From Blastocatellia bacterium (lineage in GTDB: Bacteria; Acidobacteriota; Blastocatellia; UBA7656): 64,000 nucleotides of DNA. Shown one piece after another: positions 10,328-19,678 of this stretch; the first letter of the stretch is position 1; every line of letters begins with the position of its first letter. A program made the position numbers and the translations under genes. The notes under the pieces are model-generated. The model was not told the origin of the DNA and searched no databases. It saw only the letters and a program-made list of their open reading frames with translations. Location of the stretch: contig CAVXWP010000009.1 in the NCBI GenBank assembly GCA_963765495.1, positions 288,001-352,000 of the forward strand. Reading direction: 5' to 3'.

Positions 10328-10583
10328 CAGCCGAGGCCATGCAGTTCTCAAATTTCCCAGCCTGAATCGCAGAAAACTGCCGACAGCTTTAATTAAAAGC
10401 TTTGTGTTTCCCTGTTCACTTCACGTATTGGCGAGCTACAGGTTTTCAATCGAAATGCCCAAGCCCGGTCATGCCCGGGCTGTGCGCGCCGTCCCACTGG
10501 CCCGTGATCGCTCGGGGGCTGGAATTCGGCTGCGCGATGTGCAAGCATCCACAGACAGCGCTCGACCTTCGAAGGGGACGCAG

Positions 10584-11438
10584 ATGATCGAAGTCGCAAA
10601 TCTTCAGTTCACATACAGCAAGACCGATAAGCCCGCCGTCAGGGGCTTGACCTTTGATGTCAAGCAAGGCGAAGTATTCGGGTTCCTCGGCCCAAGCGGC
10701 GCGGGCAAATCGACTACGCAAAACATACTCATACGTCTGTTGAAAGATTATCAGGGCAACGTTTCGGTCTTCGGAAGAGACCTGACCTTGTGGAAATCCG
10801 ATTATTATGAACGGGTGGGAATATCCTTCGAATTTCCCAATCACTATCAGAAGCTCACGGCCCTTGAAAACCTGACCTACTTCGGTTCGCTCTATAGCGG
10901 CAAGGTTGCCGCCCCGCAAACATTACTCGAACGGGTCGGTCTCGGCGCGGATGCAAACCTTCCGGTGTCGCAGTTTTCAAAGGGCATGAAAGTGCGTTTG
11001 AGCGTCGCCCGCTCGCTCCTTCACGACCCGGAATTGATCTTTATGGATGAACCGACATCGGGGCTCGATCCCCTGAATCAGCGGCTAATCAAAGAGTTGA
11101 TCGGGGAACGGCAGCAGGCAGGCAAGACCATCTTTCTTACAACGCACAACATGACGGTGGCCGATGAATTATGCGACCGCGTAGCCTTTATCGTGGACGG
11201 AGAGATACGACTCATAGACTCGCCTCGCCAGTTGAAGCTCCGCTATGGAGAGCGCAAAGTGCGAGTCGAGTATCAGCAAAACGGGCATACCAGGAACAAG
11301 GATTTCGCGCTCGAATCTCTCGGCGCGAACGCGGATTTCCTCTCCCTGCTTCGCGGCGGAAATATCCAGACCATACACACGCAGGAAGCTACGCTTGAAG
11401 ACATTTTCATTCGCGTAACGGGCCGGAGGCTCCTATGA
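10584..11438 (+). CDS. ABC exporter ATP-binding subunit (Rv2688c-like fluoroquinolone export family)
   Basis: GPSGAGKST, FSKGM, DEPTSGLD, TTH; RBS AAGGGG before ATG 10584. Confidence 0.9.
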   Translation: MIEVANLQFTYSKTDKPAVRGLTFDVKQGEVFGFLGPSGAGKSTTQNILIRLLKDYQGNVSVFGRDLTLWKSDYYERVGISFEFPNHYQKLTALENLTYFGSLYSGKVAAPQTLLERVGLGADANLPVSQFSKGMKVRLSVARSLLHDPELIFMDEPTSGLDPLNQRLIKELIGERQQAGKTIFLTTHNMTVADELCDRVAFIVDGEIRLIDSPRQLKLRYGERKVRVEYQQNGHTRNKDFALESLGANADFLSLLRGGNIQTIHTQEATLEDIFIRVTGRRLL

Positions 11439-12139
11439 AACGACTGGCGGCAACCTTGCGCTGGGATGTTCAGCTACAGATACGAAACGGCTTTTACCAC
11501 GCTACGGCCTTCGTGCTGATAGTCTGGGCAGCGATCATCTGGCGGCTTCCGGCTATAGACCTGGGATGGTTGCTTCCGGCGCTCGTGCTCGGCAACCTGA
11601 TGATAAACACCTTCTATTTTATGAGCGGGCTTGTGCTGCTTGAAAAAGGCGAAGGGACGCTTGCGGCTCAGGTGGTCACTCCGTTAAGAACCTGGGAGTA
11701 TCTTGCGGCCAAATTGATAACGCTCGGGGGGCTCGCGCTCGCGGAGAACATATTGATTGTCTGTCTGTTTTACGGGTTTGGATTTAATCTACTGCCTATG
11801 ATCGCGGCGATTATTCTGGCTTCGGTGATCTACACGCTAGCGGGGTTCATAGCCGTTGCCAGATTTGATTCAATCAACGAATTTCTGATGCCGTCGATTT
11901 TATACACCTCCCTGCTTACCGTGCCGCTTATGCCTTACCTTGCGCGGTGGGAAAGCCCGCTGATTTACCTCCACCCGGTCCAAGCGCCGCTCGTGCTCGC
12001 CGAGGCGGCCTTTCAAAGTGTTCCAATGTGGCAGATCGCCTACGGCGTATTCTATTCCGCGCTCTGGGGATTTCTGCTTTATCGCGCGAGCCTGCGGACA
12101 TTTCACAGATTCATCATCGCGCGGGCAGGAGCGAATTAG
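11435..12139 (+). CDS. ABC exporter permease (Rv2687c-like)
   Basis: ATGA overlap; multi-TM; LLEKGEGTL.A..VTP..EYL.AK. Confidence 0.8.
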   Translation: MKRLAATLRWDVQLQIRNGFYHATAFVLIVWAAIIWRLPAIDLGWLLPALVLGNLMINTFYFMSGLVLLEKGEGTLAAQVVTPLRTWEYLAAKLITLGGLALAENILIVCLFYGFGFNLLPMIAAIILASVIYTLAGFIAVARFDSINEFLMPSILYTSLLTVPLMPYLARWESPLIYLHPVQAPLVLAEAAFQSVPMWQIAYGVFYSALWGFLLYRASLRTFHRFIIARAGAN

Positions 12140-12140
12140 G

Positions 12141-12881
12141 ATGTACGCGCTGAAGATCATCAAGGCGCTTGGGCCGATAGACGCCAAGAGCGTGAGCCGC
12201 GATTCGCTGCTTCGCTGGATGGCGATTGTGCCTCTGGGGCTGGCGCTTGCGGCCAGGTGGCTTTTGCCCACGCTCATCAGCCGGGTAGGTGAAAAGGCGG
12301 GGTTCGACCTTTTGCCTTACTATCCTTCCTTCATGAGCTATGCGCTCCTGCTTTTAGCGCCTTCCCTGTGCGGAATGGTCATCGGCTTTATTCTGCTCGA
12401 CCAGCGCGACGACCGAACCCTGACCGCGTTGCAGGTCACGCCGATGTCGCTGAACAGTTATCTGGTTTACAGACTGGCTGCGCCGATGGTGTTGAGCGTG
12501 GCAATGACGCTCGTGGTTTTTCCTGTGGCCGGGTTAATGCTAATCAGTTTTCCCGCGCTCATAATCGCGGCTGTGGCGGCGGCTCCGACGGCTCCGATAA
12601 TTGCGCTAGCGCTCGGGTCGTTTGCGTCAAACAAGGTACAGGGCTTTGCCTTGACCAAGGTGTCGGGCATTCTGATGATCGCGCCGATGATCGCCTATTT
12701 CGTCCATTCCGGCTGGCAATTGATGTTTGGGCTGGTTCCCACCTACTGGCCCGTGAAATTGTTCTGGACGCTCGAAGCAGGTCGGTCAAACGGGTGGATA
12801 TACCTTGTGGCCGGTCTCGCATATCAGGGGGCACTGACGGGGCTGCTTGTGCGCCGATTCAACAGAGTGATGACACGGTGA
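12141..12881 (+). CDS. ABC exporter permease (Rv2686c-like)
   Basis: Multi-TM; LLDQRDDRTLTALQVTP, SNKVQGFA. Confidence 0.8.
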   Translation: MYALKIIKALGPIDAKSVSRDSLLRWMAIVPLGLALAARWLLPTLISRVGEKAGFDLLPYYPSFMSYALLLLAPSLCGMVIGFILLDQRDDRTLTALQVTPMSLNSYLVYRLAAPMVLSVAMTLVVFPVAGLMLISFPALIIAAVAAAPTAPIIALALGSFASNKVQGFALTKVSGILMIAPMIAYFVHSGWQLMFGLVPTYWPVKLFWTLEAGRSNGWIYLVAGLAYQGALTGLLVRRFNRVMTR

Positions 12882-12940
12882 TTTGCCCGCAGGTTGGCGG
12901 ATAAGGCGGGGTTTCAGGATAATACGAGCAGAGGGAAATA

Positions 12941-13642
12941 ATGAGCGAAACACCTGTTATTGGAATAAGCGTCAGTCTTGATCACGGCAGGATCATAAAG
13001 AGAGATCACGATTATCTCTACATCAAGAGGGCCTATTCAAAAGCGGTCAGTAAGGCGGGCGGGCATCCCGTCCTGCTCACGCCTGATCTGGCGGTCGAGG
13101 CGGTTTCAAGGATCTGCAATGCGGTGATCATATCGGGCGGTGACGACATTGCGCCCGAGCTTTACGGCGAGCAGGCAAGTTCTCAGATAAATCCCGAATC
13201 GGCGGAAAGGATCGAGTGGGAGCGCCGCCTGCTTGATCTTTTTTCGGGGCGCGAGAAGCCTGTACTTGGAGTCTGTTACGGGATGCAGCTTATCAACGTA
13301 CATTTCGGCGGCAGTCTTTATCAGGATATTTCCGATGCCTTCGACAATCCTCTCGATCACGGAGGAATGGGTAAGGCCACAACCCACGCTTTGAGGATCA
13401 ATCAGGGATCGTCTCTCTTCCCCGTGCTGGGCTCCGAGGCTACGGTTTGCTCGACACACCATCAGGCGATAAAGCGGGTAGCGCCGGGGTTCAGCGTGGC
13501 CGCGACATCCGAGGATGAGATTATAGAAGCCATCGAGAGGGAAAACATTCTCGCCGTCGAGTGGCACCCGGAGGCCGACGCTACGGGAGAGCAGATTTAT
13601 TCACTGCTCGTAGAGAGGGCGAAAAGATTCAGGCAGGCTTGA
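12941..13642 (+). CDS. Peptidase C26 / gamma-glutamyl-GABA hydrolase family (class I GATase)
   Basis: GGDD, LGVCYGMQ, HHQAI, EWHPE. Confidence 0.9.
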   Translation: MSETPVIGISVSLDHGRIIKRDHDYLYIKRAYSKAVSKAGGHPVLLTPDLAVEAVSRICNAVIISGGDDIAPELYGEQASSQINPESAERIEWERRLLDLFSGREKPVLGVCYGMQLINVHFGGSLYQDISDAFDNPLDHGGMGKATTHALRINQGSSLFPVLGSEATVCSTHHQAIKRVAPGFSVAATSEDEIIEAIERENILAVEWHPEADATGEQIYSLLVERAKRFRQA

Positions 13643-13645
13643 GTT

Positions 13646-14158
13646 TTAGTATTTTATCTCCAGCCGCATGACGAAAGCGTCTTCGGTCGGCAGGCGATAA
13701 TAGTCGCGGCGGCGGCCTACGTAGTTGAAACCCATCTTTTTATAGAGCAGTTGCGCCGCCTCATTCGAGGCCCGGACTTCGAGCAGTATAAAAGTGATGC
13801 CCCGGCGCTTCCCTTCTTCGACGCCCTCTTCCATCAGTGACTGGCCTATGCCGATTCTACGATAATCGGGATGCGCCGCGATGTTATTGATGTGCATTTC
13901 GTCTTCAACGGTCCAGCCCGCCAGAAAACCTACCACGCCGGGGCTGTAAGGGTCTCTGGCAAGGTTTCGCGCCACAAGCATCACCGACCCGGCATTCTTC
14001 AGCAGTTCGCGTCTGTAGGCGTCATAGCCCCATTTGTTCAACCCGCTCGCCTCTTCGATGTTCACTACTTCGAGGAGGTCCATCTCTCCCATCGGCTCTA
14101 CACGGTAGGGCCGGATCATCGGCCACGGGTTCTGGTATACGGAATCACTTAATGACAA
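13646..14158 (-). CDS. rimI: Ribosomal protein S18 alanine N-acetyltransferase
   Basis: NIAAHP.YRR.GIG, LEVRASN..A..LY, RRDYY..EDA; adjacent to tsaB. Confidence 0.85.
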   Translation of the reverse strand: MSLSDSVYQNPWPMIRPYRVEPMGEMDLLEVVNIEEASGLNKWGYDAYRRELLKNAGSVMLVARNLARDPYSPGVVGFLAGWTVEDEMHINNIAAHPDYRRIGIGQSLMEEGVEEGKRRGITFILLEVRASNEAAQLLYKKMGFNYVGRRRDYYRLPTEDAFVMRLEIKY

Positions 14159-14221
14159 GGCATCACTCCTCAGATTTTGTAACAGCTTTTGAGTGTAACT
14201 TGCAGACCGCGCTGATGCAAT

Positions 14222-15004
14222 CTATTCCCTGCCGGCCTCTCGTTTGACTTTGGACCCCAACAGCCCGAGCGACAGCTTAACCTCGGCTTCGGACGGGCGC
14301 ACATAACAGGCGCGCAGGGTTTCAGCCGTTTCGGTATCGCCCTGCGAGAATTTCAAGAAAGCGAGCTGCGCGATGTGATCGGCGAGAAATTTCGGAGACG
14401 GCCTCAAGTCGGGTCTGAAGGATATTTGCGAAGAATCAGCCCGCCGGTGAATCTCTTCCATAGAGGCGTTGACCGCGTCTCCGGCAAAGACGAGATCATC
14501 GAAGTGAGCCAGTCGCTCTACGGCCTCGGGCGCTCGCGTCACAGCAGGCTCATCTTCGGCTACGGGAATGCCCGCCTCATCGAATGTGAATAGTTGGGAA
14601 TAAACTTCGCCTTTGTACGCGCCCACGAGCGCGCAGACCCGTCTTGCAGGTCGGGCGGCAAAGGCCGCAGTTTCAAGCGAGGTCACACCGACGACGGGGC
14701 GAGCGGTTGCGGCGGCAAATCCCTTGATCGCGGCTATTCCAACTCTCAAGCCGGTGAAGCCCCCCGGCCCCACGCAAACGGAAAACAGCGATACATCTTT
14801 TATCGAGAATCCCGCTTCGCCAAACAGAAAATCAATCTCAGCCCATAGCCTTTCAGAACGCTTCTCTTCGGTCTCTACGCCGAAACTTGCGACAATCCGC
14901 TCGCCTCTCGCCAGAGCCATGCTTGTCACTTTGGTAGAGGTGTCGAGCGCAAGGATAAGCGGGTCGGTCTGTGTGATTGTGTTGCCGTTTGATTTATCAG
15001 CCAT
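14222..15004 (-). CDS. tsaB: t6A37 biosynthesis protein TsaB
   Basis: ILALDTS, GPGGFTGLRVG, YVRPSEAE; start placed at internal ATG 15004. Confidence 0.88.
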   Translation of the reverse strand: MADKSNGNTITQTDPLILALDTSTKVTSMALARGERIVASFGVETEEKRSERLWAEIDFLFGEAGFSIKDVSLFSVCVGPGGFTGLRVGIAAIKGFAAATARPVVGVTSLETAAFAARPARRVCALVGAYKGEVYSQLFTFDEAGIPVAEDEPAVTRAPEAVERLAHFDDLVFAGDAVNASMEEIHRRADSSQISFRPDLRPSPKFLADHIAQLAFLKFSQGDTETAETLRACYVRPSEAEVKLSLGLLGSKVKREAGRE

Positions 15005-15048
15005 CGCTACAGGCAGATTATATATGCTGATGATTTGCGGGGCCATTA

Positions 15049-15390
15049 TGATGCGTGATTATCAGGAAGGCTGTTTGTAAAGACCAACTCCCAAGCCTGC
15101 TTGCGTCACGCTTCACGCATCACGAATCACGAGTCACGCAGGGCCATTCAGTTCTTGAGTTGAGGGCAATAGGCGGAAAAAATATTAAAGGTTGAATTGA
15201 CGCAAAGGCGAGTTGAAATAGGCCGCGGATGACGCGGATGCGGCGGATTTTCGCGGATCTGACCCAATTAGGTTTAATCCGCGTAGATCCGCTCGATCCG
15301 CGTTATCCGCCGCCTATTCCCCTTATCCTTTTCTACATATTGGAAAACTGAATGACTCTGCGAATCACGAATCACGCTCCGCGAATCACG
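15049..15390. repeat. Family A heptamer hairpin whose right arm is interrupted by a MITE
   Basis: tgatgcgtga left arm; tcacgc/tcacga units at 15106-15138 resume at 15361-15390. Confidence 0.7.
15139..15360. mobile_element. Putative MITE (222 bp) carrying a CGCGGAT nonamer hairpin
   Basis: TIRs cagggccattcagtt / aactgaatgactctg (13/15); flanks cgagtcacg / cgaatcacg (8/9); internal inverted repeat 15217-15318. Confidence 0.55.
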
Positions 15391-15471
15391 CCAATGGCGC
15401 TGGCCATTCTTTCCTTCGCGGTTTAATATAAATTTCCTAAGCCGAAATACTCAGGACCTGTTCCGAATCTT

Positions 15472-18135
15472 ATGCCACAAAGTACACCAATGCTCAGGCA
15501 GTATCAGGAAATAAAACGCCAGCACCCGGGCACGCTTCTCTTTTTTCGCCTCGGCGATTTCTATGAACTTTTCTTCGACGACGCGGTGATCGGAGCCCGT
15601 GAACTTGAGATCACTCTGACAGCCCGCAATCGAGAGCACGGCGCGCCTGTGCCGATGTGCGGAGTCCCCTATCACGCGGCGAGCGGCTATATCGCAAAGC
15701 TCGTGCGCAAGGGGTATCGCGTGGCGATTTGCGAGCAGACCGAAGACCCGAAAAAGGCCACAAAGCTCGTACGCCGCGAAGTGGTCAGGATAGTCACGCC
15801 CGGCACGGCCATAGACGCGCAGTTACTAGAGGCTCGCGAGAACAACTATCTCGGGGCCATAGCGGGCGCGGGTCACGGATTCGGCGCGGCATTTCTGGAC
15901 CTGTCCACGGGTGAGTTTGTGGCTACGGAGTTTTCAGGAGAGGCGGCCTGGGAGCGGGTGCTTGAGCAGTTGGATTGTTTCGCGCCGCGAGAGATCATCT
16001 TTGCGAAATCGCTTGAGCCCCTGTTCAAATCGGGCAAGCAGCGCGACGAGCAGTCAAACATAGTCACAGCCGATCAAACCGGCACGCAGTCGCCCTCGCT
16101 TTCGGGGCGCGAGACCTCGCTCAATCCGCTCGATGACTGGTTGTTTTCCTTCGAGCATTCAAGGGATTTGTTGCTCTCGCATTTTGATGTGGCCTCGCTT
16201 GACGGGTTCGGATTGAACAGGCGCGAGATGGCTACTTCGGCTGCGGGCGCGGTTCTCAGTTATGTGCGAGAGACGCAGAAGGAAGATGCAGATCACATAA
16301 CGGGGCTTTCATATTTCGAGCCGGGCGATTTCCTGATCCTGGACGGGCCTACGGTTCGAAATCTTGAGCTTGTAGAATCGCTCGACGGCACGCGCGCGCG
16401 CACACTGCTTGGCGTGCTCGATGAATGTGTAACGGGAATGGGGTCGCGGTTGCTCAAGCAATGGCTCCTGCGCCCTTCGATGAGGCTTGGCGAGCTTACG
16501 GCTCGGCTCGACGCGGTAGACGAATTGAAGACCGCGCTCATATTGCGCGACCGGCTGCGCGCAGAGCTAAAGAAAGTTTCGGACCTTGAACGGCTGATGG
16601 CGCGCATCAGCATGGGCCGGGCCATGCCGCGCGATCTGGTCTCGCTCAAGAATTCAGCCGACTGCATACCCGACATCAAGGTATTATTGTCGGATGCGAC
16701 CGCATCCTTACTTGAAATTCTGGCCGAAAACCTCGACGAATTGCCCGATCTGCGCGATCTGATCGGAGCGAGTCTCGACGATGAGCCCCCGGCAAGTCTG
16801 GCCGAAGGCGGTTACATACGCGCAGGCTACAACGCGGAGCTTGACGAGTTACGCGAGCTTGCGACATCCAACAAGAGCGTCATCGCGCAGATCGAATCAC
16901 GCGAGCGGGCGCGCACCGGGATAGCTTCGCTCAAGGTGAAGTTTAACAACGTCTTCGGCTATTTTATCGAGATCAGCAAGTCAAACCTTAAGAACGCGCC
17001 TGAGAATTACGAACGCCGCCAGACGCTCACGAATGCCGAGCGATTCACTACGCCCGAGCTAAAGGAATACGAGGGCAAGGTGCTGGGCGCGGAAGAGCGA
17101 ATCTCGGAGCTTGAGCAACAGCTTTTCTCTACCATAAGGCAGGCGGTGGCAATCGAGACCCGGCGCGTGCAGACCGTAGCATCTGCGCTTGCGATGCTCG
17201 ACGTTTTGTTGTCGCTTGCCGAGATAGCGGCGCGGCGCAATTACTCGCGTCCTCTGCTTACGGAGGAAGATGAGATTTACATCAAGGCAGGCCGCCACCC
17301 GGTGATCGAAGCGACCGGCGAAAGGTTCATCCCCAACGACACTTATTTGAACAACTCGACCGACCGGCTCGTGGTGCTGACGGGCGCGAATATGGGCGGC
17401 AAGAGCACCTATTTGCGCCAGATCGCGCTCATTTCGGTCCTTGCTCAGATAGGCTCTTTTGTGCCCGCCGAAGAGGCGCGGCTCGCGATAGTAGACCGCG
17501 TATTCACTCGCGTAGGCGCGTCGGACAATCTGGCGCGCGGGCGTTCGACCTTCATGGTCGAGATGACCGAAACGGCCAACATACTCAACACCGCGACTCC
17601 GCGCAGTCTGGTCCTTCTTGATGAAGTGGGGCGGGGCACGGCCACCTTTGACGGGCTTTCGCTCGCGTGGGCGATAGCCGAATATCTTCACGACAACCCT
17701 CATCACGCGGGCAAAACGCTGTTTGCCACGCACTATCACGAGATGACCGAACTTGCGAAGCTTCTGCCCGGAGTGCGCAACTATCAAATGGCGATCAAAG
17801 AGTCGGAAGGCTCTATAGTCTTTCTTCGGCGCGTAGTCGAAGGAAGCGCGTCAAAATCCTACGGCATAGAGGTAGCAAGGCTTGCGGGTCTTCCGCAAAC
17901 GGTTATCGAGCGGGCAAGAGAAATACTCGGCAACCTCGAAGCCAACGAGTTGGATGTGACGGGGCGGCCCAAGCTTGCGCGCCATCTGCCTTCGCGCAAA
18001 GGCGCGCCCCAGCCTACGTTGTTTGAAGTAGCCAACGACGCGGTCATCGAAGAGCTACGAAACATCGACACGGAAGACCTTGACCCGGAGCAGGCAATGA
18101 AGGCCCTGAAGAAATTGAAAGAAGGGCTGGTTTAA
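15472..18135 (+). CDS. mutS: DNA mismatch repair protein MutS
   Basis: TPMLRQY, GDFYELF, TGANMGGKST, STFMVEM, DEVGRGT, SYGIEVA. Confidence 0.98.
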   Translation: MPQSTPMLRQYQEIKRQHPGTLLFFRLGDFYELFFDDAVIGARELEITLTARNREHGAPVPMCGVPYHAASGYIAKLVRKGYRVAICEQTEDPKKATKLVRREVVRIVTPGTAIDAQLLEARENNYLGAIAGAGHGFGAAFLDLSTGEFVATEFSGEAAWERVLEQLDCFAPREIIFAKSLEPLFKSGKQRDEQSNIVTADQTGTQSPSLSGRETSLNPLDDWLFSFEHSRDLLLSHFDVASLDGFGLNRREMATSAAGAVLSYVRETQKEDADHITGLSYFEPGDFLILDGPTVRNLELVESLDGTRARTLLGVLDECVTGMGSRLLKQWLLRPSMRLGELTARLDAVDELKTALILRDRLRAELKKVSDLERLMARISMGRAMPRDLVSLKNSADCIPDIKVLLSDATASLLEILAENLDELPDLRDLIGASLDDEPPASLAEGGYIRAGYNAELDELRELATSNKSVIAQIESRERARTGIASLKVKFNNVFGYFIEISKSNLKNAPENYERRQTLTNAERFTTPELKEYEGKVLGAEERISELEQQLFSTIRQAVAIETRRVQTVASALAMLDVLLSLAEIAARRNYSRPLLTEEDEIYIKAGRHPVIEATGERFIPNDTYLNNSTDRLVVLTGANMGGKSTYLRQIALISVLAQIGSFVPAEEARLAIVDRVFTRVGASDNLARGRSTFMVEMTETANILNTATPRSLVLLDEVGRGTATFDGLSLAWAIAEYLHDNPHHAGKTLFATHYHEMTELAKLLPGVRNYQMAIKESEGSIVFLRRVVEGSASKSYGIEVARLAGLPQTVIERAREILGNLEANELDVTGRPKLARHLPSRKGAPQPTLFEVANDAVIEELRNIDTEDLDPEQAMKALKKLKEGLV

Positions 18136-18175
18136 ATTGCTCTGGAAAGCGTGACGCATGGAGACCAAAACTCAC

Positions 18176-19672
18176 CTAAACCTTTACGATTTTTTTCACC
18201 GAAGCTAAATCGTCCGGCCCAAGTTCTCTAGTGAGCAAAAGCGCGCCCACGTAGATCAACGAAAGAACAACAAGCTCTATCAATATCACTGGTTTTGATG
18301 TCGAAGAATATGCCCGCGAGGCCAGATAGACTACTCCCGCGGAGGCGGCGATTCGCAATACCGACAGCATCGGGATTATCGAGCCAAACTTGCTGATGAG
18401 ATAAATGCTCCCAACGACCGTCCCCAATAACATTGCGGCAGTCGTAGCGATGGCCGCCCCCCTGAGCCCGTAAGCCGGTATCAAGACCGCGTTGAGCGCG
18501 GCGCTTGCCACAAGCGTCAAGGCCGCAAGCAGGACCGAAACCGCAGGCCGCCCGCTCGCAGATATTATAGTCGTCAAAACGTATAGCAACCCGAAAAGCA
18601 ACATCCCGTAAGCGACTATCACAAGCGCGGGGCTGCCCGCCTGATAGTCCTCGGGCAAGGCGACTCGCAAAACCTCAGAGGCATTGGCCGAAAATAACGT
18701 CGCCACCAGAGCCATTATCATCAACGAATACCTGATCGTATTGGCTATGTACCCCTGTGTTCTCTGTCGGTCGTTTGCAAAAGTAGATTCCGAGACGAGC
18801 GGAAAAATGACAAACGTTGCCGAGATTATTATCTGGTAGGTGATATTCGCGATATTGATCGCCGCGCCGTAGGAGCCTACATTCGCGCTCGCGATTATCG
18901 GGTCGTCGGATGAAAGAGCCTTGATAAATAACGTGTCAACTTTCTGAAGCAGGTTCAGGATAAAGGTAAAGAGCAACAGATAACCCTGAAACCTGATCAG
19001 GTCCGAGGCGCGAACTTCTCCCGTTCGCTCAGCCCTGCCTGCCACGATCCACGACACGGCGAGCACGCTTGCAGCAGCCAGCGCAAATCCTCCCACGCCG
19101 CCCATAACCCCATAGCCAAACCACACAAACGCGACTATGAAGATGAGTTTCAGAGTCGAATAAGTCATATCGAGCGCGGCCTGCGAAAGGAATCGTCTCT
19201 GCCCGTTGAAATAGCCCGTAAAGACCGCATAGAAGGAATACGAGAGCGTGATCAGCGAAGCGAGGCGCAAGTAATTGACAAGGCTCGGGTCGTTGAGTTG
19301 ATCGGCAATGAGCGGAGCGAGCAGAAAAAAGCCGAGCGAAGCCCCGCCGCCTACAAGCGTCTGCAACCTGAACGCCTTCGCTTTCACAGCTCCGGCTTTT
19401 GTCGGTTCCTGCGAAATATATTTCGATACGGTCTGGTATGTGCCCGTGATGATGACGGCATTTACGACGGAGACGGCCCCTATAACGACCTGATAATTCC
19501 CCACCTCCGCCTTGCTTATCAGGCGCGTCATTATCAGATAAATGCCGTACCCGCTCAGCATAAACCAGAGCTTTGCTGCCGTGATATAGATAGTTCCGCG
19601 CCCCGCGACTCTGGCTACATCAGTTGGCGGTGTTTGCGGTTCTACTCCCTTGACGGTTGATAACTGGCTCAT
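18176..19672 (-). CDS. Wzx/MOP-superfamily oligosaccharide flippase
   Basis: About 14 TM segments; LN.VLIP.YG..GAAIAT. Confidence 0.8.
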   Translation of the reverse strand: MSQLSTVKGVEPQTPPTDVARVAGRGTIYITAAKLWFMLSGYGIYLIMTRLISKAEVGNYQVVIGAVSVVNAVIITGTYQTVSKYISQEPTKAGAVKAKAFRLQTLVGGGASLGFFLLAPLIADQLNDPSLVNYLRLASLITLSYSFYAVFTGYFNGQRRFLSQAALDMTYSTLKLIFIVAFVWFGYGVMGGVGGFALAAASVLAVSWIVAGRAERTGEVRASDLIRFQGYLLLFTFILNLLQKVDTLFIKALSSDDPIIASANVGSYGAAINIANITYQIIISATFVIFPLVSESTFANDRQRTQGYIANTIRYSLMIMALVATLFSANASEVLRVALPEDYQAGSPALVIVAYGMLLFGLLYVLTTIISASGRPAVSVLLAALTLVASAALNAVLIPAYGLRGAAIATTAAMLLGTVVGSIYLISKFGSIIPMLSVLRIAASAGVVYLASRAYSSTSKPVILIELVVLSLIYVGALLLTRELGPDDLASVKKIVKV

Positions 19673-19678
19673 TATTCC

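Noticed and set aside
10296-10583. 380-aa version of the ABC ATPase
   Set aside because: The ATPase domain begins at MIEVANL (10584) with its own RBS; the extension overlaps the upstream gene
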